In this document: one piece after another, positions 25,978-39,738 of the stretch | Numbering within the stretch: position 1 is the first letter of the stretch | How the letters are laid out: each line of letters starts with the position of its first letter | NCBI RefSeq assembly: GCF_006345805.1 | Contig: NC_043018.1 | Span: forward strand, 14,260,001 to 14,324,000 | Direction: 5' to 3' | Length of the DNA stretch: 64,000 nt | DNA from: Octopus sinensis | Taxonomy: Eukaryota | Made by a program: the position numbers and the translations under genes | The notes under the pieces: generated by a model | What the model was told of the DNA's origin: nothing | Database searches by the model: none | What the model saw: the letters and a program-made list of their open reading frames with translations, nothing else

Positions 25978-27787
25978 TTATGGTAACACCATCTGAAACA
26001 AGATGGAGGATCATGACGACCGGAACTCGAATTTCCTCACTCATACACTTAAATATGGCTCATCTCTGTAGTGATGGATGTTTTTAATACATAAAAGGAG
26101 ATAAAAACCAATAAAGAGCAATAAAAAGGAATGGCAGGAAAACAAACAAAACAACACATGAAACATAATATACATCATTTGCTGATTCTCTTCCCTTAAT
26201 TATTTTAATAATGAAGAATTCTAAAAGCAGCGGCGTGTGTGAAAAGAATCGTTAGCTCGACAAAATATGCTTAGAGGAATTGCGTTCGTGCTTACGTTCT
26301 GATCAAATACAGGAGTAACAGATGAGAGCACACCACTAGAATTCTTCTCGATTTGTATATAAAAGATTCGTCAGTTATATTGTTAATTAAATGTCATATA
26401 TTATATAGAAGAAGCGTAAATCCGTATACTCGGTCTAAGAGTAGTGTATATAAAAAGTGAGTTATTTATTTGAAAGCTGTTAAAACATATAAATGGAGTA
26501 TAACCGAAAGACCGCTGAGGTAGCGTTATTCATTTTCCTCTTTTCCACCTTTCTGTTTTCCCCCTTTTTTCCCCACTACATTTCACATTATTATAAAATA
26601 AAAGAAATTTACAATTATACTTACTTTGTTTAACCGAGAAGGTGTATGAAATGAATACACAAAACAATAGGACACTGATGCCTTTCATCACGCACCTAAT
26701 GATAGACAAATATAGCAGTGAGAGTCATTAATAGAAAAGCATTTTTTTCTTACAAAGAAGCAGAAGTCTACAGCTGAAGTTTAGGTAACAATTATCTTTT
26801 AGCTGTTCTGAAAATCCAAGATTTACCATTTAAACAATTAGTAATATAGCTAATTTAATTGCACCAAAAATACGAATCTAAGTATATATTTTGATGAAGA
26901 TGACGCCTTCGAAGCGTTTGTCCGTAAACATTCTCCATACTGTTAACACTGAATGAATGTTCTTACTTCAAGGTTTTCTGACTTCTATATTATTATTATT
27001 TCTGTTGCAAACAAATATGTAAGGTGTCACTTTGTATCTGACAGAATGTTCTTTGTGAAATGTACACTGTCAAAAGTATTTTTTCTCTATTTTCTATAAC
27101 CAAAATCAGTCTTTGCTGCACATTTCACTGCATATTTGATTAACGTGTTGCACCGGCAGTATCTAACACCATACCTGAGTAAACATAATTGTTTCCTGTT
27201 AAACACATGTGTCATTGATCCATCCATACACACAAACTTACGCAATCGACCTTTTCTGAAATACAACACTATCTGAAAGAGCATAATATTACGTATGAGT
27301 TTTAATTAACGGCCTCTCTAATTTCTTTTATCTATTCAGCTACTAATCTCGGCAAGGAAGAACTAGGCAAAGAAATCGATGAACAGGTACTCCAGGTATA
27401 CAGCTTATACCAGAGGAATGTTATGCATTGGTACACATACGGCAATTACAAACGGTTTAAACTCTACCACTACCACCATCATCATTGCCATAACATACTC
27501 TGTCTATTGCTATTACTTAATCACATACAGCCACAATGAATAATTTAAATGTTTACATACTTGTTAGATTCCAACGGTATTTATACAAAGAGCTCAGTAG
27601 ACTTTCTCAGGTGCAAAGTTGAAACTGGTTGATGATGGTTGTGTAGTGTTAGTTATTCAGTGAACAGCTTCAAACTTTGCTTGCTCCAGCTGTCGTTTCC
27701 TTTGGTTTTTCTGAATTTGCACTCCTTTCCTTTTTCTTTTTATATTTACACACATATCCGCGCTCGCGCATTCATTTAAAGATACAC

Positions 27788-28448
<661 letters not shown>

Positions 28449-28846
28449 GCAACAGCATGATTATACGATTTGATTCAATATTTACAAACTCTTGTTACGC
28501 AACAGCTGTGTGAAATAGTGAATAGAAAACATCATTAGAAGCTATATCAAATTTATGTCCCAAGTTACGCCAACGTTCGTCTTGGGAGACGTCAAAATTT
28601 TGAATTGAAACACGATAATGCTTATATGTTGCATTTTTACACGCCAATATATAAACAGAAGATACAAATATTACAGGCATCGCCCCCACACACACACTAA
28701 CTAAGCATAGACGCACATAGGGATATACGCATGCGCAAATGAAGACACGGACAATAGAAATACAAAATGGCTGACCGTTAGTAAGGAGAGACACACAAAT
28801 AAGAAAGAAGAAAGCAACGGACCACTGATGCGGTTACAGGACTGTG

Positions 28847-28946
28847 NNNNNNNNNNNNNNNNNNNNNNNNNNNNNNNNNNNNNNNNNNNNNNNNNNNNNN
28901 NNNNNNNNNNNNNNNNNNNNNNNNNNNNNNNNNNNNNNNNNNNNNN
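28847..28946. other. Assembly gap (100 N)
   Basis: Run of N. Confidence 1.
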
Positions 28947-28989
28947 GAATATATTGGTAGATGTTTTAACGAATCCATTTCCTAAATAT

Positions 28990-29014
28990 CTGCGGAGGTG
29001 AGTATGTATGTATG

Positions 29015-29045
<31 letters not shown>

Positions 29046-29859
29046 ATATGTATATATATATATATATGTGTATGTATACATGTGCATATGTATGTATAAA
29101 TATTTTAAATATATATATTTATATATGCAAATATATATGTATATATATGTATATATATATATATATATATATGAATATATATACACACACACTCATATAT
29201 ATATACAAACATGCACACAAACACATTTGTATGTGTATAGGTTTGCGTGTACATATGTTTCGTCTGTGCTTAATGCGTACATGACTATATGTGTGTGTGA
29301 GTGTGTGCGTGTATGTATGCATGTCTGTATGTATGCATATATATATACACATATGTACATACATATATCCACGTATACATATATATATATGTATATATAT
29401 ATGCTTATATACAGGTAAGTATATGCATATATGTTTGTGTGTATATGTTTGTTGTATACACACACACACACGCACATATACATACATACATACATACATA
29501 CATAAATACATACATACATGCATGCATACATACATACATACATACATACATACATACATACATGCATAAATACGTCGATGCATATGCAAAGATAAAAGCT
29601 TTAATAAATAATAGGTATCTTAGCAACATCAATAAATATATATCTGGGTAAATCAAAGACTATCAACGGTGGGCGGCGAAAACAAACTGGTTACTAATAA
29701 ATGATGACGGCCGATATAACCGCACAGAGTGTGGAGCACCAACACAGACATCGCTCCCAAACAGCTTCTAACGCTGTCGACATATAAATACACGCATACA
29801 TATCTGTAAGTATATACATATATACATACATACACACACACACATACATACATACATAC

Positions 29860-29911
<52 letters not shown>

Positions 29912-30074
29912 TATGTATATTGGCATGTATATATATATGTATGTATGTATATATATATATATGTGTGGTATATATATGTGTATATATAATGTACATATAT
30001 ATTTATGTATATATTATATATGTATATATATATATGCATGTGTGTATTATATGTGTATAGATATGTAATATACA

Positions 30075-30116
<42 letters not shown>

Positions 30117-30240
30117 ATATATATATGTATATATATATAATAATGTATTATATATGTGTATATATATATATATATGTATATACATATATATATGTGTTTA
30201 TCTATACACACACACACATATATATATATTGTTATCTTAT
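28990..30240. repeat. TA/TG/CA compound low-complexity region
   Basis: Direct sequence. Confidence 0.85.
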
Positions 30241-30497
30241 ATCACATTATGGTGTATTTTTGTATGTTGTATTGTTATGTGTATATCATACCATGCTATA
30301 TATTATTTACTTGATGTTCTCAGAAGTGAGATAAAAAAAAAACTATTTCCAGTCGTTAGAATATCTGCTGCTGTGAAGCGGAAGCGGGGGAGGACGGGGC
30401 GGATATCGGTCGGGTGCGCATATGCATAGGTGTACACATTATATATGTGGTTGCTTTCATATGTGTGTGCTTATTATATATATATATATAATATATA

Positions 30498-30552
<55 letters not shown>

Positions 30553-30554
<2 letters not shown>

Positions 30555-30939
30555 TCTATATATATATGAAGTTGTCTGTGTGCGCCAGGTTGGTAGCCTT
30601 CAACTAACACTATCTCCTTCGAGACCCTGTGGCGCAAGTTGACCAAAATTGAGAGCATGATAGAAGAAGGCTTGCTCTTCCTTCCGTAGAAGATAAAATT
30701 CAAATCAGACCATGCTAACACCAAAATTTATTTACATCAAAAAGGTGCATTTTTTTCTATGAAAATCCCTATTTTTTTACAATTTTTCACTGCTGTGACG
30801 CCATTTTTCGGTGTATTTCCACCATAAAAATGGTCACTTAAAGAGAATAACAAGCTACATAATGAAAATTTTTACTTTTCAAAAATTCCAATTCTAAAGG
30901 GTCGAAACAAACCCGAGCAACGCCGGGCGATACTGCTAG
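30553..30939 (+). mobile_element. Non-autonomous Helitron
   Basis: A|TCTCTATATATATATGAAGTTG start; CCCGAGCAACGCCGGG-CGATACTG-CTAG|T end. Confidence 0.75.
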
Positions 30940-31085
30940 TATATATATAATTGTACTCTACAAAAATATGGACTACTCCTTCAGTTTAATGTGAAATCGG
31001 TTTTGTCATAGCTGAACATAAAAGCAAACGCTAATACACACACTCACACACACAACACACACACACCACACACACACACACACAC

Positions 31086-31143
<58 letters not shown>

Positions 31144-31309
31144 ATATTTATATTAGGGAAGTTATTTCCGAGTCCACGGGGTTGGGAGAAGTTCAATTCA
31201 GTGGTACTAAAATGAATTACTCACTGTATTATATATATATTTATAGATAGGTTTAAGAGACAGAATCCCCTCAGGCAAATCAATCATCATTGAACGACAT
31301 TATCCACGA

Positions 31310-31391
31310 TAGGTACATATAGGACTAAATATTAAAATTATCAAAATTAATACCTACAATTCTTATTTCCCTAAGATTAATATATATATAT

Positions 31392-31454
<63 letters not shown>

Positions 31455-31730
31455 TATATTATATATATATTATATAGACTACGCGCGTTTCATGACACAA
31501 TTCTTCGATATTGCTAAATTAGAATGTCTCGAAATACAATACCATATTAAACCTCTTATATTGCCATATAATATTGTAATACTATTTTTCGAGACATTCT
31601 ATTTCAGCAATATCGAGGAATGTGTTGTCATGAAACGCGCGTAGTCTTGATAATGTAACTTACATGATTTGGAATAAGAATTGAAGGTATTAATTTTAAT
31701 AATTTTAATATTTAGTCCTATGTGTACCTA
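31310..31730. repeat. Foldback inverted duplication interrupted by (TA)n
   Basis: Outer arms 31310-31369 / 31671-31730; inner arms 31476-31534 / 31587-31647. Confidence 0.85.
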
Positions 31731-31759
31731 CACATATACACATGCGCACGTCAAGGTCA

Positions 31760-32087
31760 CCAGCCCTCTTCCACACACACATACATACTCTCTTATACAC
31801 ACGCATGCGCACCTTCGTTTTGGGATCACCACTACTTTATTATCTCCCCTCCTCCCTAGCTCTCCTGTGTGATCCTTCTGCCCAGCATTCGCCATGATAG
31901 ATCGCTAGCCACTACACATTCTTTATTTTCTCTCTTTGTTTCTTTCTGTGTTCCTTTCTGTGGAAGAGCGTAGGCTCGAAACATTAAAGACTTTTTCACT
32001 TCCCGAGCGTTAAACTAAAACATCTGCTTGTTGTCTACGCCACCTGTCTTCGTCTTTTGTTGTTGTTTTTTTTGTGAATTCTCCCTA
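31760..32087 (+). mobile_element. Penelope-like 3'/pseudo-LTR segment with hammerhead-like motif
   Basis: CUUU-CUGUGGA-A-GAGC(GUAG)GCUC-GAAA-CA-UU-AAAG at 31954-31989; downstream part repeated at 44305-44410 (-). Confidence 0.6.
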
Positions 32088-32443
32088 TATATATATATAT
32101 ATATATATTTATCTCTAATTTTATGCAGTGCTGTTTCTGTTGATCATGCATTTCGACGTTTGTGGCATATATGCGTAGCCGAAGCTTGACATGTTCTTTT
32201 CTCTGGGCATGTATAAATATTTCATTTGTTTCGTTCAGCATTTTTAGCTGGTTAGCTATTAATTAAACTAGACCAGAAATTGATCAATCCTAAACTATCT
32301 GATTTATTTATGAATTTCTTTATGCCCGCTTCCTCGCTTTCAGCACGTGTGAATTGACTGACTTAGCATCTATCTTCAGCATATAGCCATAGAAATCTCT
32401 GTACCCTTAATTATAATTCTATTTTATATTATACTATTATATA

Positions 32444-33144
32444 TTGGGTTGTCCGGAAAGTTCGTGCCGATCTTTAAAGGAAAGAAAAAGGTCAATAAAT
32501 ACTTGCCATTACATTTTTAATCAACCGAATTTGAACCATTTTGTTGCACAATGCGTCTCCATCGTTCCTTTAACTTGAAAATACTCTCTTTCCAAAATTG
32601 AGGTGATTTCATGGCAAATAATTCATCAATGTATCTTTTTACGTCATCCAAAGAATTTAAATTTTTACCATTAAGACTATTCTGCAGAGACCTGAATAAG
32701 TGGAAATCCGAAGGAGCAATATCTGGTGAATATGGAGGGTAGTGTAACACATCCCAGCCGAACTGCAGCAATTTTTGTCTGGTTCCAAAGAAACGTACGG
32801 TCTTGCATTATCATGTTGGAAAACAACACTTTTCCTATTGGCCAATTCTGGACGTTTCTCTTGAATTGCTACTTTGAACTCATCCAGTTGTGTGCAGTAT
32901 TTCTCAGAATTAATTGTCTGGTTACTTGAAAGAAGTTCATAGTACAGAATTCCTTTCCAATCCCAACAGACACAAAGCAAGACTTTTTTAGGGTGAAGAC
33001 CCACTTTTGAGTGGTTAAGGGTGGCTCATGTCGCTTACTCCAGGATCGCTTTCCCTGAACTTTTCGGTAGATAATCCATTTCTCATCACCTGCCACAATT
33101 TGCTTTAAAAAAGGCATTTTCATTCCGTTTATAAAGTGAATCAC
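32444..33144 (-). mobile_element. Mariner element, 3' half of transposase
   Basis: TA|TTGGGTTGTCCGGAAAGTTCGTGCCGA TIR; AGDEKWIIY, FQHDNARP, YSPDIAPSDFHLF. Confidence 0.9.
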
Positions 33145-33300
33145 CTCCGTATCTCCTTCCTTGGATCTTTCCTTTTCCTATGTTTCTGACGAAGAGCTCC
33201 GCTAGAAACGTTAAATCCTTCTTTCTTTCCTTTCCTGAGCGCCCAATAACACTATACTTGTTCTACGTCCTCGCGTTGTTGTGTTTTCATGTTTGGATTA

Positions 33301-33305
<5 letters not shown>
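33145..33305 (+). mobile_element. Penelope-like terminal segment with hammerhead motif
   Basis: GUUU-CUGACGA-A-GAGC(UCC)GCUA-GAAA-CG-UU-AAAU at 33182-33216. Confidence 0.6.
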
Positions 33306-33357
<52 letters not shown>

Positions 33358-34194
33358 AAAAAATAATATATACGTAGAAAATCATATCATGTAGCTCACA
33401 CCTTAAGAACCAACCAAAGGATTGCTGGATTTACCTGTCATGTATGAGTATTTACCTGGGATCTGTATTCTACAAACATTCACTATTAACTGATTGTTGG
33501 AATTTGACCTTATTCCTTATACTGAGTGCTTAATTGAGCTGTCAGGATTTTTTTTATCCCTTTTTCTTCTATTTATATATAATTATATATAATTATATAT
33601 ATATATATATTATATATATATTATAGATATAATATATATATCTATATATATATATATAAATATTATTATATAATGATATATATATATAAATATATATATA
33701 TGATATATATTATATATATAATGAGCAACAAAGCTTTGTGATGGAGAGTCACATAACAGTCGCATGATACGCAAGAAATGCCGCCAAATCTCTTTCAAAT
33801 TACATCCAACTGTCTTTAGAAAATGAGGAACACATTGAATAGTGTAATCCTTGGTAGGCTGTGTAAAATGAAAAAAGAAAAACAGCGAAAAACAGAGCAA
33901 ATGTGTGCTGAAGAAATTCATCGTGGAATTTCTCCTTCAGGGATGCTCGGAGGCTAAACAAAAAAAATAACTGAGTTTTGCATATTTGATGTACTGCCAA
34001 CGATTTATAAAATATGATAATTTTAAATCTTATCTGTCTATGATTTGCATATTCATTAGTTATTCGACATCAGACAAATAATAATTCAATTTAAAAGCTG
34101 GGATCGTTAATTTCTTTGCAATGTAAAAATTAACATATTAGATCCAGTAAGATAAGGCGTATGAGATCTTCTCGCGCGCAGGTTATTCATCCTC

Positions 34195-34410
34195 TCCACT
34201 ATAAGTACAAGGACTGAAATTTTGAGGTAAGGGTAAGTCGATTACATCGACCCCAGTACATGACTGGTACTTAATTTATCGACCCCCGAGCGAATGAATG
34301 AGACCGATAGATTCTTACAAAGAATAAGTCCTGGGGTCGATTTGTTCGACTAAAGGCGGTGCTCCAATATGGCCGCGGTCAAATGACTGAAACAAGTAAA
34401 AGAGTAAAGT
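34195..34410. mobile_element. Fused SINE fragments: family C (-) joined to family A tail (+)
   Basis: Homology to respective family copies. Confidence 0.6.
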
Positions 34411-34457
34411 GTAAGAGTAGAGTATGTAAATATATATATATATATATATATATATAG

Positions 34458-34545
<88 letters not shown>

Positions 34546-35109
34546 TAGAGACAGGTATTCTCTGTAAACGTACGGACAAGCAACTTAGGCAAATCGATAT
34601 AAACAAAAATCTGAAATACATTTAATACAAAACATATACATATATTTACATATAAAAAAATGTCCGACTTACACAGAATAGAAATGATACAAGAAATTAA
34701 AGGTGCTGAATAAGAGCATTTTTTCTTCTTTTTCTTTTGTATATCGACTTGCTTAATGTGCTTGTCCTTACATTTATATGTATTCTCGTGTGTGTACATA
34801 TATATGTATGCATGCAAATAGTACCTGCAATGACAGAAACTCATAGAAAGAATATAAACGTAAATGTACATCTCCCGTGTCGCTGTATCCATTTCTACTT
34901 TCACTTTCCCACTGTTTTATTCAGCTATTCACAGTGCGTTCGTATATTCCCCAATAAAAGCGATGTGTATTCATTACGTGAATATTGATCCATCATTCGC
35001 TTTCCATTTCAATTGTACGTTTGATTTATAGATTTAGCTAAAGATTTCTCAATGCCGTCATATGTTTTAAAGAATAATTACAATCGCTCCAGCTGCCGCT
35101 AACGTTTAT

Positions 35110-35300
35110 GTATGGATGCGTGGTAGGAAGTTTGCTTCCCAAACCACATGGTTCAGGGTTCAGTCGCCATGCCTGGTACCTTGGGCGGGCGAGCCATTTT
35201 TTATTTTTATTATTTTTTTTTTTTACTATATTCGGGCTCGCTAAAACATCATTGTGAGTAGATTTGGTCGACGGAAAACGAAAAAAAAAGCCCGTGTCGT
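35110..35300 (+). mobile_element. SINE family A head
   Basis: A/B boxes and GGAAAcgAAAAAAAGCCCGT body. Confidence 0.65.
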
Positions 35301-35318
35301 ATCTGCGCGCGCGCGTAT

Positions 35319-35367
<49 letters not shown>

Positions 35368-35479
35368 GACGTTTCCAACTGAAGCATTTTACAAGCCCTG
35401 GACGCAATTTGTAGAAATAATCATCTCGTACTACATTGAAATCTATTCACTTATTTATGTACAATTTGGCTTTCTTATG

Positions 35480-35562
<83 letters not shown>

Positions 35563-35719
35563 TATACGTACAAAAGTACATATGTGTATGCACGTGTGTT
35601 TGTGTATGTTTGTGCGTGTAGCAGATGAAACGGAATTCAAGGTGGACGGTGGTAGTTTGCGTCAGCATGACTTGTTTTGTTTACGAAAAGCGACAGAATA
35701 AGAAATTGCAGTGATCAGT

Positions 35720-36110
35720 GAAATATCCAACGTTTCAGGCCGAGACCTTTCTTCAAGTTAAATTGACAAAAGGAAAAAAATGACAAAACAGCAGAGTTTT
35801 ATACCTTTAGCGTTTGAGCGATTGGCTGCAGATGGTGGAGAACAGATCAGACAGTGAGCTTGCATTCGTAGGAGCGGGATACAGAGTGAGGAAGGAATAA
35901 ATAAAGAGAAATAAAAAGAAAAAAGACAGGTATAGTGAGTTGAAGAGAAACCTAAGGTGAGAGAGACCGTGTGAAGTAAAAATGCCAGTCGTGAAATAGG
36001 AACGACTGAAGGAAAAAGTAGGGAAAACGGTCCTTTCAAGTAGTCGGTGCTATAATTCCCGGTTACAATATGAGACGTCGTTCCTTCCGTTTCCATCAAC
36101 CTTTTACTGC
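35720..36110 (-). mobile_element. Probable Penelope-like 3' segment with degenerate hammerhead
   Basis: Minus strand UUGAAGA-A-AGG(UCUCGG)CCU-GAAA-CG-UU at 35729-35756, preceded by pyrimidine-rich sequence. Confidence 0.45.
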
Positions 36111-36148
36111 GTTAGTCAATATTTATTCTACGTCATATAACCTTATAC

Positions 36149-36533
36149 TTGGAAGCACTCCGTCGGTTACGACGACGAGGGTTCCGGTTGATCCGATCAA
36201 CGGAACAGCCTGCTCGTGAAATTGACGTGTAAGTGGCTGAGTACTCCACTGACACGTGTACCCTTAACGTAGTTCTCGGGGATATTCAGCGTGACACAGA
36301 GAGTGACAAGGCCGGCCCTTTGAAATACAGATGCAACAGAAACAGGAAGTAAGAGTGAGAGAAAGTTGTGGTGAAAGAGTACAGCAGGGATCATCACCAC
36401 CCCATGCTGGAGCCTCGTGGAGCTTTAGGTGTTTTCGCTCAATAAACACTCACAACGCCCGGTCTGGGAATCGAAACCGCGATCCTACGACCGCGAGTCC
36501 GCTGCCCTAACCACTGGGCCATTGCGCCTCCAC
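36149..36533 (-). mobile_element. SINE family B, tail type iii, young copy
   Basis: 11-bp TSD TAACCTTATAC (36138-36148 / 36534-36544); near-identical to 53893-54283. Confidence 0.9.
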
Positions 36534-37353
36534 TAACCTTATACAGTTAAAATATATATAGCAAGTGGTGTCAAATTAATTTGTCTTCAGAAAATGTTTT
36601 AAATTAAACAATGTTCGCAACAGCAAAATATTCTTTTGTAGACACTTTGTTCTGCGTTCGTTTAAAAATTGTTGACTAATAAATTATTTTTGTATGAAAA
36701 ATTGAATTATGCTTTTTGAATTTTCTTGGAGTTTGACTTTCTTCATTGTTACATTCAATACTAAATTTTATAACACTTAGTACATGTTCCAAATAAATGT
36801 TGACTTTCTGTACTTTGGTGACGCATAGTAATTTTAGCTAAATTTGTGACTTTCCTTCGCTGGAATATTTCTTTTGAAAATATTCCCCAAAAGAAACTTT
36901 TCATAGCATAACTATGCTACAGAATATATGCTGTTTTGCATCTATATTGACTACATTTCGTTTCGCTTGAACTTCGAGTGAGTACGTTTTGCTGTTTTCA
37001 ATGTTATCAGTTCTATGAGAGTCCGTGTGTCTGCGAGCGTGTTTCCACGTTCGCTACGTCTGTAGTAAACTATTCTTAAAGGACATTTTACGCCGTTTTA
37101 ATGAGCCCACATCTAATGAAGTAGCCATCTTATGGTAGGTGAATCCCATGAAAATCCTTTTATTCTCATTCGTAATCGATATAACAACCGTAAACGTGTT
37201 TCAGAAACTCATCCCTCTTTATGATGCTCCCAGTATCTTCGGACTTTGCGCAATGGACACGATGGGTATCATTTTAATATTCCACAGATTGAACCTGCAA
37301 CACAAGAGCCAATTACAAACAAAAAGGTGACATCAAATAACTTCTATTCTTAC

Positions 37354-37580
37354 TTCTTTACTACCTACAAGGGGCTAAACACAGAGAGGACAAACAAGGA
37401 CAGACAAAGGGATTAAGTCGATTATATCGACCCCAGTGCGTAACTGGTACTTAATTTACCGACCCCGAAAGGATGAAAGGCAAAGTCGACCTCAGCGTAA
37501 TTTGAACTCCGAACGTAACGGCAGACGAAATACCGCTAAGTATTTCGCCCGGCGTGCTAACGTTTCTGCCAGCTCGCCGC
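37354..37580 (-). mobile_element. SINE family C inserted in Helitron Rep
   Basis: 20-bp TSD CAAATAACTTCTATTCTTAC (37334-37353 / 37581-37600); A box AGCTGGCAGAAACGTTAGCA, B box GAGTTCAAATT. Confidence 0.9.
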
Positions 37581-38296
37581 CAAATAACTTCTATTCTTAC
37601 CAACTGATGTTAAGACCAGAACAATCAAATCAATTGCGCATGTATCGTGATCTATTTCAGCAATACCTGGTTGATATATATGCTAAAGCTTAGAGTTAGC
37701 GTCTCCTCTACATTCGTAACAATAACAAAAAAAGTTAAGGGCTAACAATTATGCTCATCTCCAAGATGGTGATATTCAAAACATGGGGCAACTTATAATC
37801 CTCGCCTTATCATTCACAGGTGGTCCTTGATATATACATGAATGACCGCAAGATGCTATGACATATGTCAGGACATACAGAAAACCAAATCTTTTTGTCA
37901 CTTTCACCTGCAATCCTAAATGGGAGGAAATAAAATCTAACCTTCTTCCAGTGTTGTATCTTCTGGTTTGCAGCTACCCTCCCCAATGGAAGACGAACTG
38001 CTCATTCTAGGTTCAAGCTCCCTCTAAACCTTGCAATGAAAGAATCTCAAATATGCAACATTTCCCAAAACCCTGAAATGGCAACAGTTTTCCATCAAAC
38101 TTGCTTCATGTCTGGGATGAGTGCACTATCACAAGAGCACGCTCATGGGAGGAGTAACAGTTTTTCTTGCAGGAGATTTTCGTCAAACGTTGCCTCAAAA
38201 GATCAAAAGCTGATGAGGTCTATGTATGCTTCAAAAAATCGTGCCTTTGGAGACACGTGAAGAAACTTCATCATACAAGCAACATAGGAATATTTC

Positions 38297-38529
38297 TTAT
38301 TTCTTTATTGCCCACAAGGAGCTAAACATAGAGGGGACAAACAAGGACAGACAAAGGGATTAAGTCGATTAGATCGACCCCAGTGCGTAACTGGTACTTA
38401 ATTTATCGACCCCGAAAGGATGAAAGGCAAAGTCGACCTCGGCGGAATTTGAACTCAGAACGTAGCGGCAGACGAAATACGGCTACGCATTTCGCCCGGC
38501 GTGCTAACGATTCTGCCAGTTCGCCGCCT
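38297..38529 (-). mobile_element. SINE family C inserted in Helitron helicase
   Basis: Highly similar to 37354-37580. Confidence 0.85.
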
Positions 38530-39328
38530 ATGAGATTATTTCTACAATGGGATCATACGAGCTTCTTAAGATTGGTCATGGATATTAACATTCAACCCAT
38601 GATTTCAGCTACATGAAATTACATATGGTTATATGATACTTTCTCTTGGGATCTTATGGGTTAAGTATTTCCTAATTTATCTATCAATTACACTGATTTA
38701 AACAGGCCGTGTGAAAGAGCAGCCAAACTGACTCCAACTAATGAAATGGTTGATAAATTCAATCATGAACTTCTTCAAAAGTTACCAGATACATCAGAAA
38801 TGACTTTTCGATCAATGACAACAGTCGATCAAGATCAGGTTGTTCAATAACCTGTTGAATTTCTGAATACACTTAAACCCACTAGGATGCCACCGCATAA
38901 CTAGACCCTAAAATTGAGTGCTCCCATTATGTTCCTTAAGAACCTTAACCCATCTCACTTGTGTAATGGAACTCACATAATTGTTACTTCCATGAAGCTC
39001 CATGTCCTATGGGCAACCATCATAACAGGTAGTCAGAAGGGAGAAGATATCGTTATTCTAAAAATTCTTCTCATACCTACAGATGTTCCATTTGAACTAA
39101 GTTTTAGTATTTCAATTAACAAATCTCAGGGTTAATCCCTCAAGGTAGTTGCACTTGATCCCTCTACATGTTTCTCCCATGCTCAACTCTGTGTTGCTTG
39201 CTCGCGAGTTGGAAGCAGCAACAATTTATTCATCTCGACACGATAAACAATAAATATAGTTTACCCTGAGGTGCTTCAACATTGACAGATTTTCAGTTTG
39301 AAATTCTACTATCATTACAATTTGGATA

Positions 39329-39723
39329 TCTTTATATATAAAAGTGAGGTTGTGTGCTGTCTGTCTCCTACGATTTAGATTCCTAACTACTCCCACATTT
39401 TGCGGTGCAGTTTAACCAAAACCGGGTATCTTATAGTCGTAATTCATATCGAGCCCTTATGGGTATTAGCGCGCGTCTACGATGAGTCTACGATTTAAAA
39501 AAAATTACCATCATTTTTTTCCATTTTAATGCATTTTTTCGCTATTATATAAGGGAAGTAACTCTCTAAAAATGTGTACGATGAGTCTACGATTTTTAAA
39601 AAGATTTACCATTTTTTTCCCATTTTTAATGCATTTTTTGCCACTTTTTGGCTATAACTCTCTAAAAATGCTAATATAGTTATTTCCCTTACAAACCCGA
39701 GCAAAGCCGGGCGAAACTGCTAG
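39329..39723 (+). mobile_element. Non-autonomous Helitron nested in Helitron 3' region
   Basis: A|TC...CCCGAGCAAAGCCGGG..CTAG|T; internal duplication relative to the 7850-8144 copy. Confidence 0.9.
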
Positions 39724-39738
39724 TTTTAAAATAAAATA

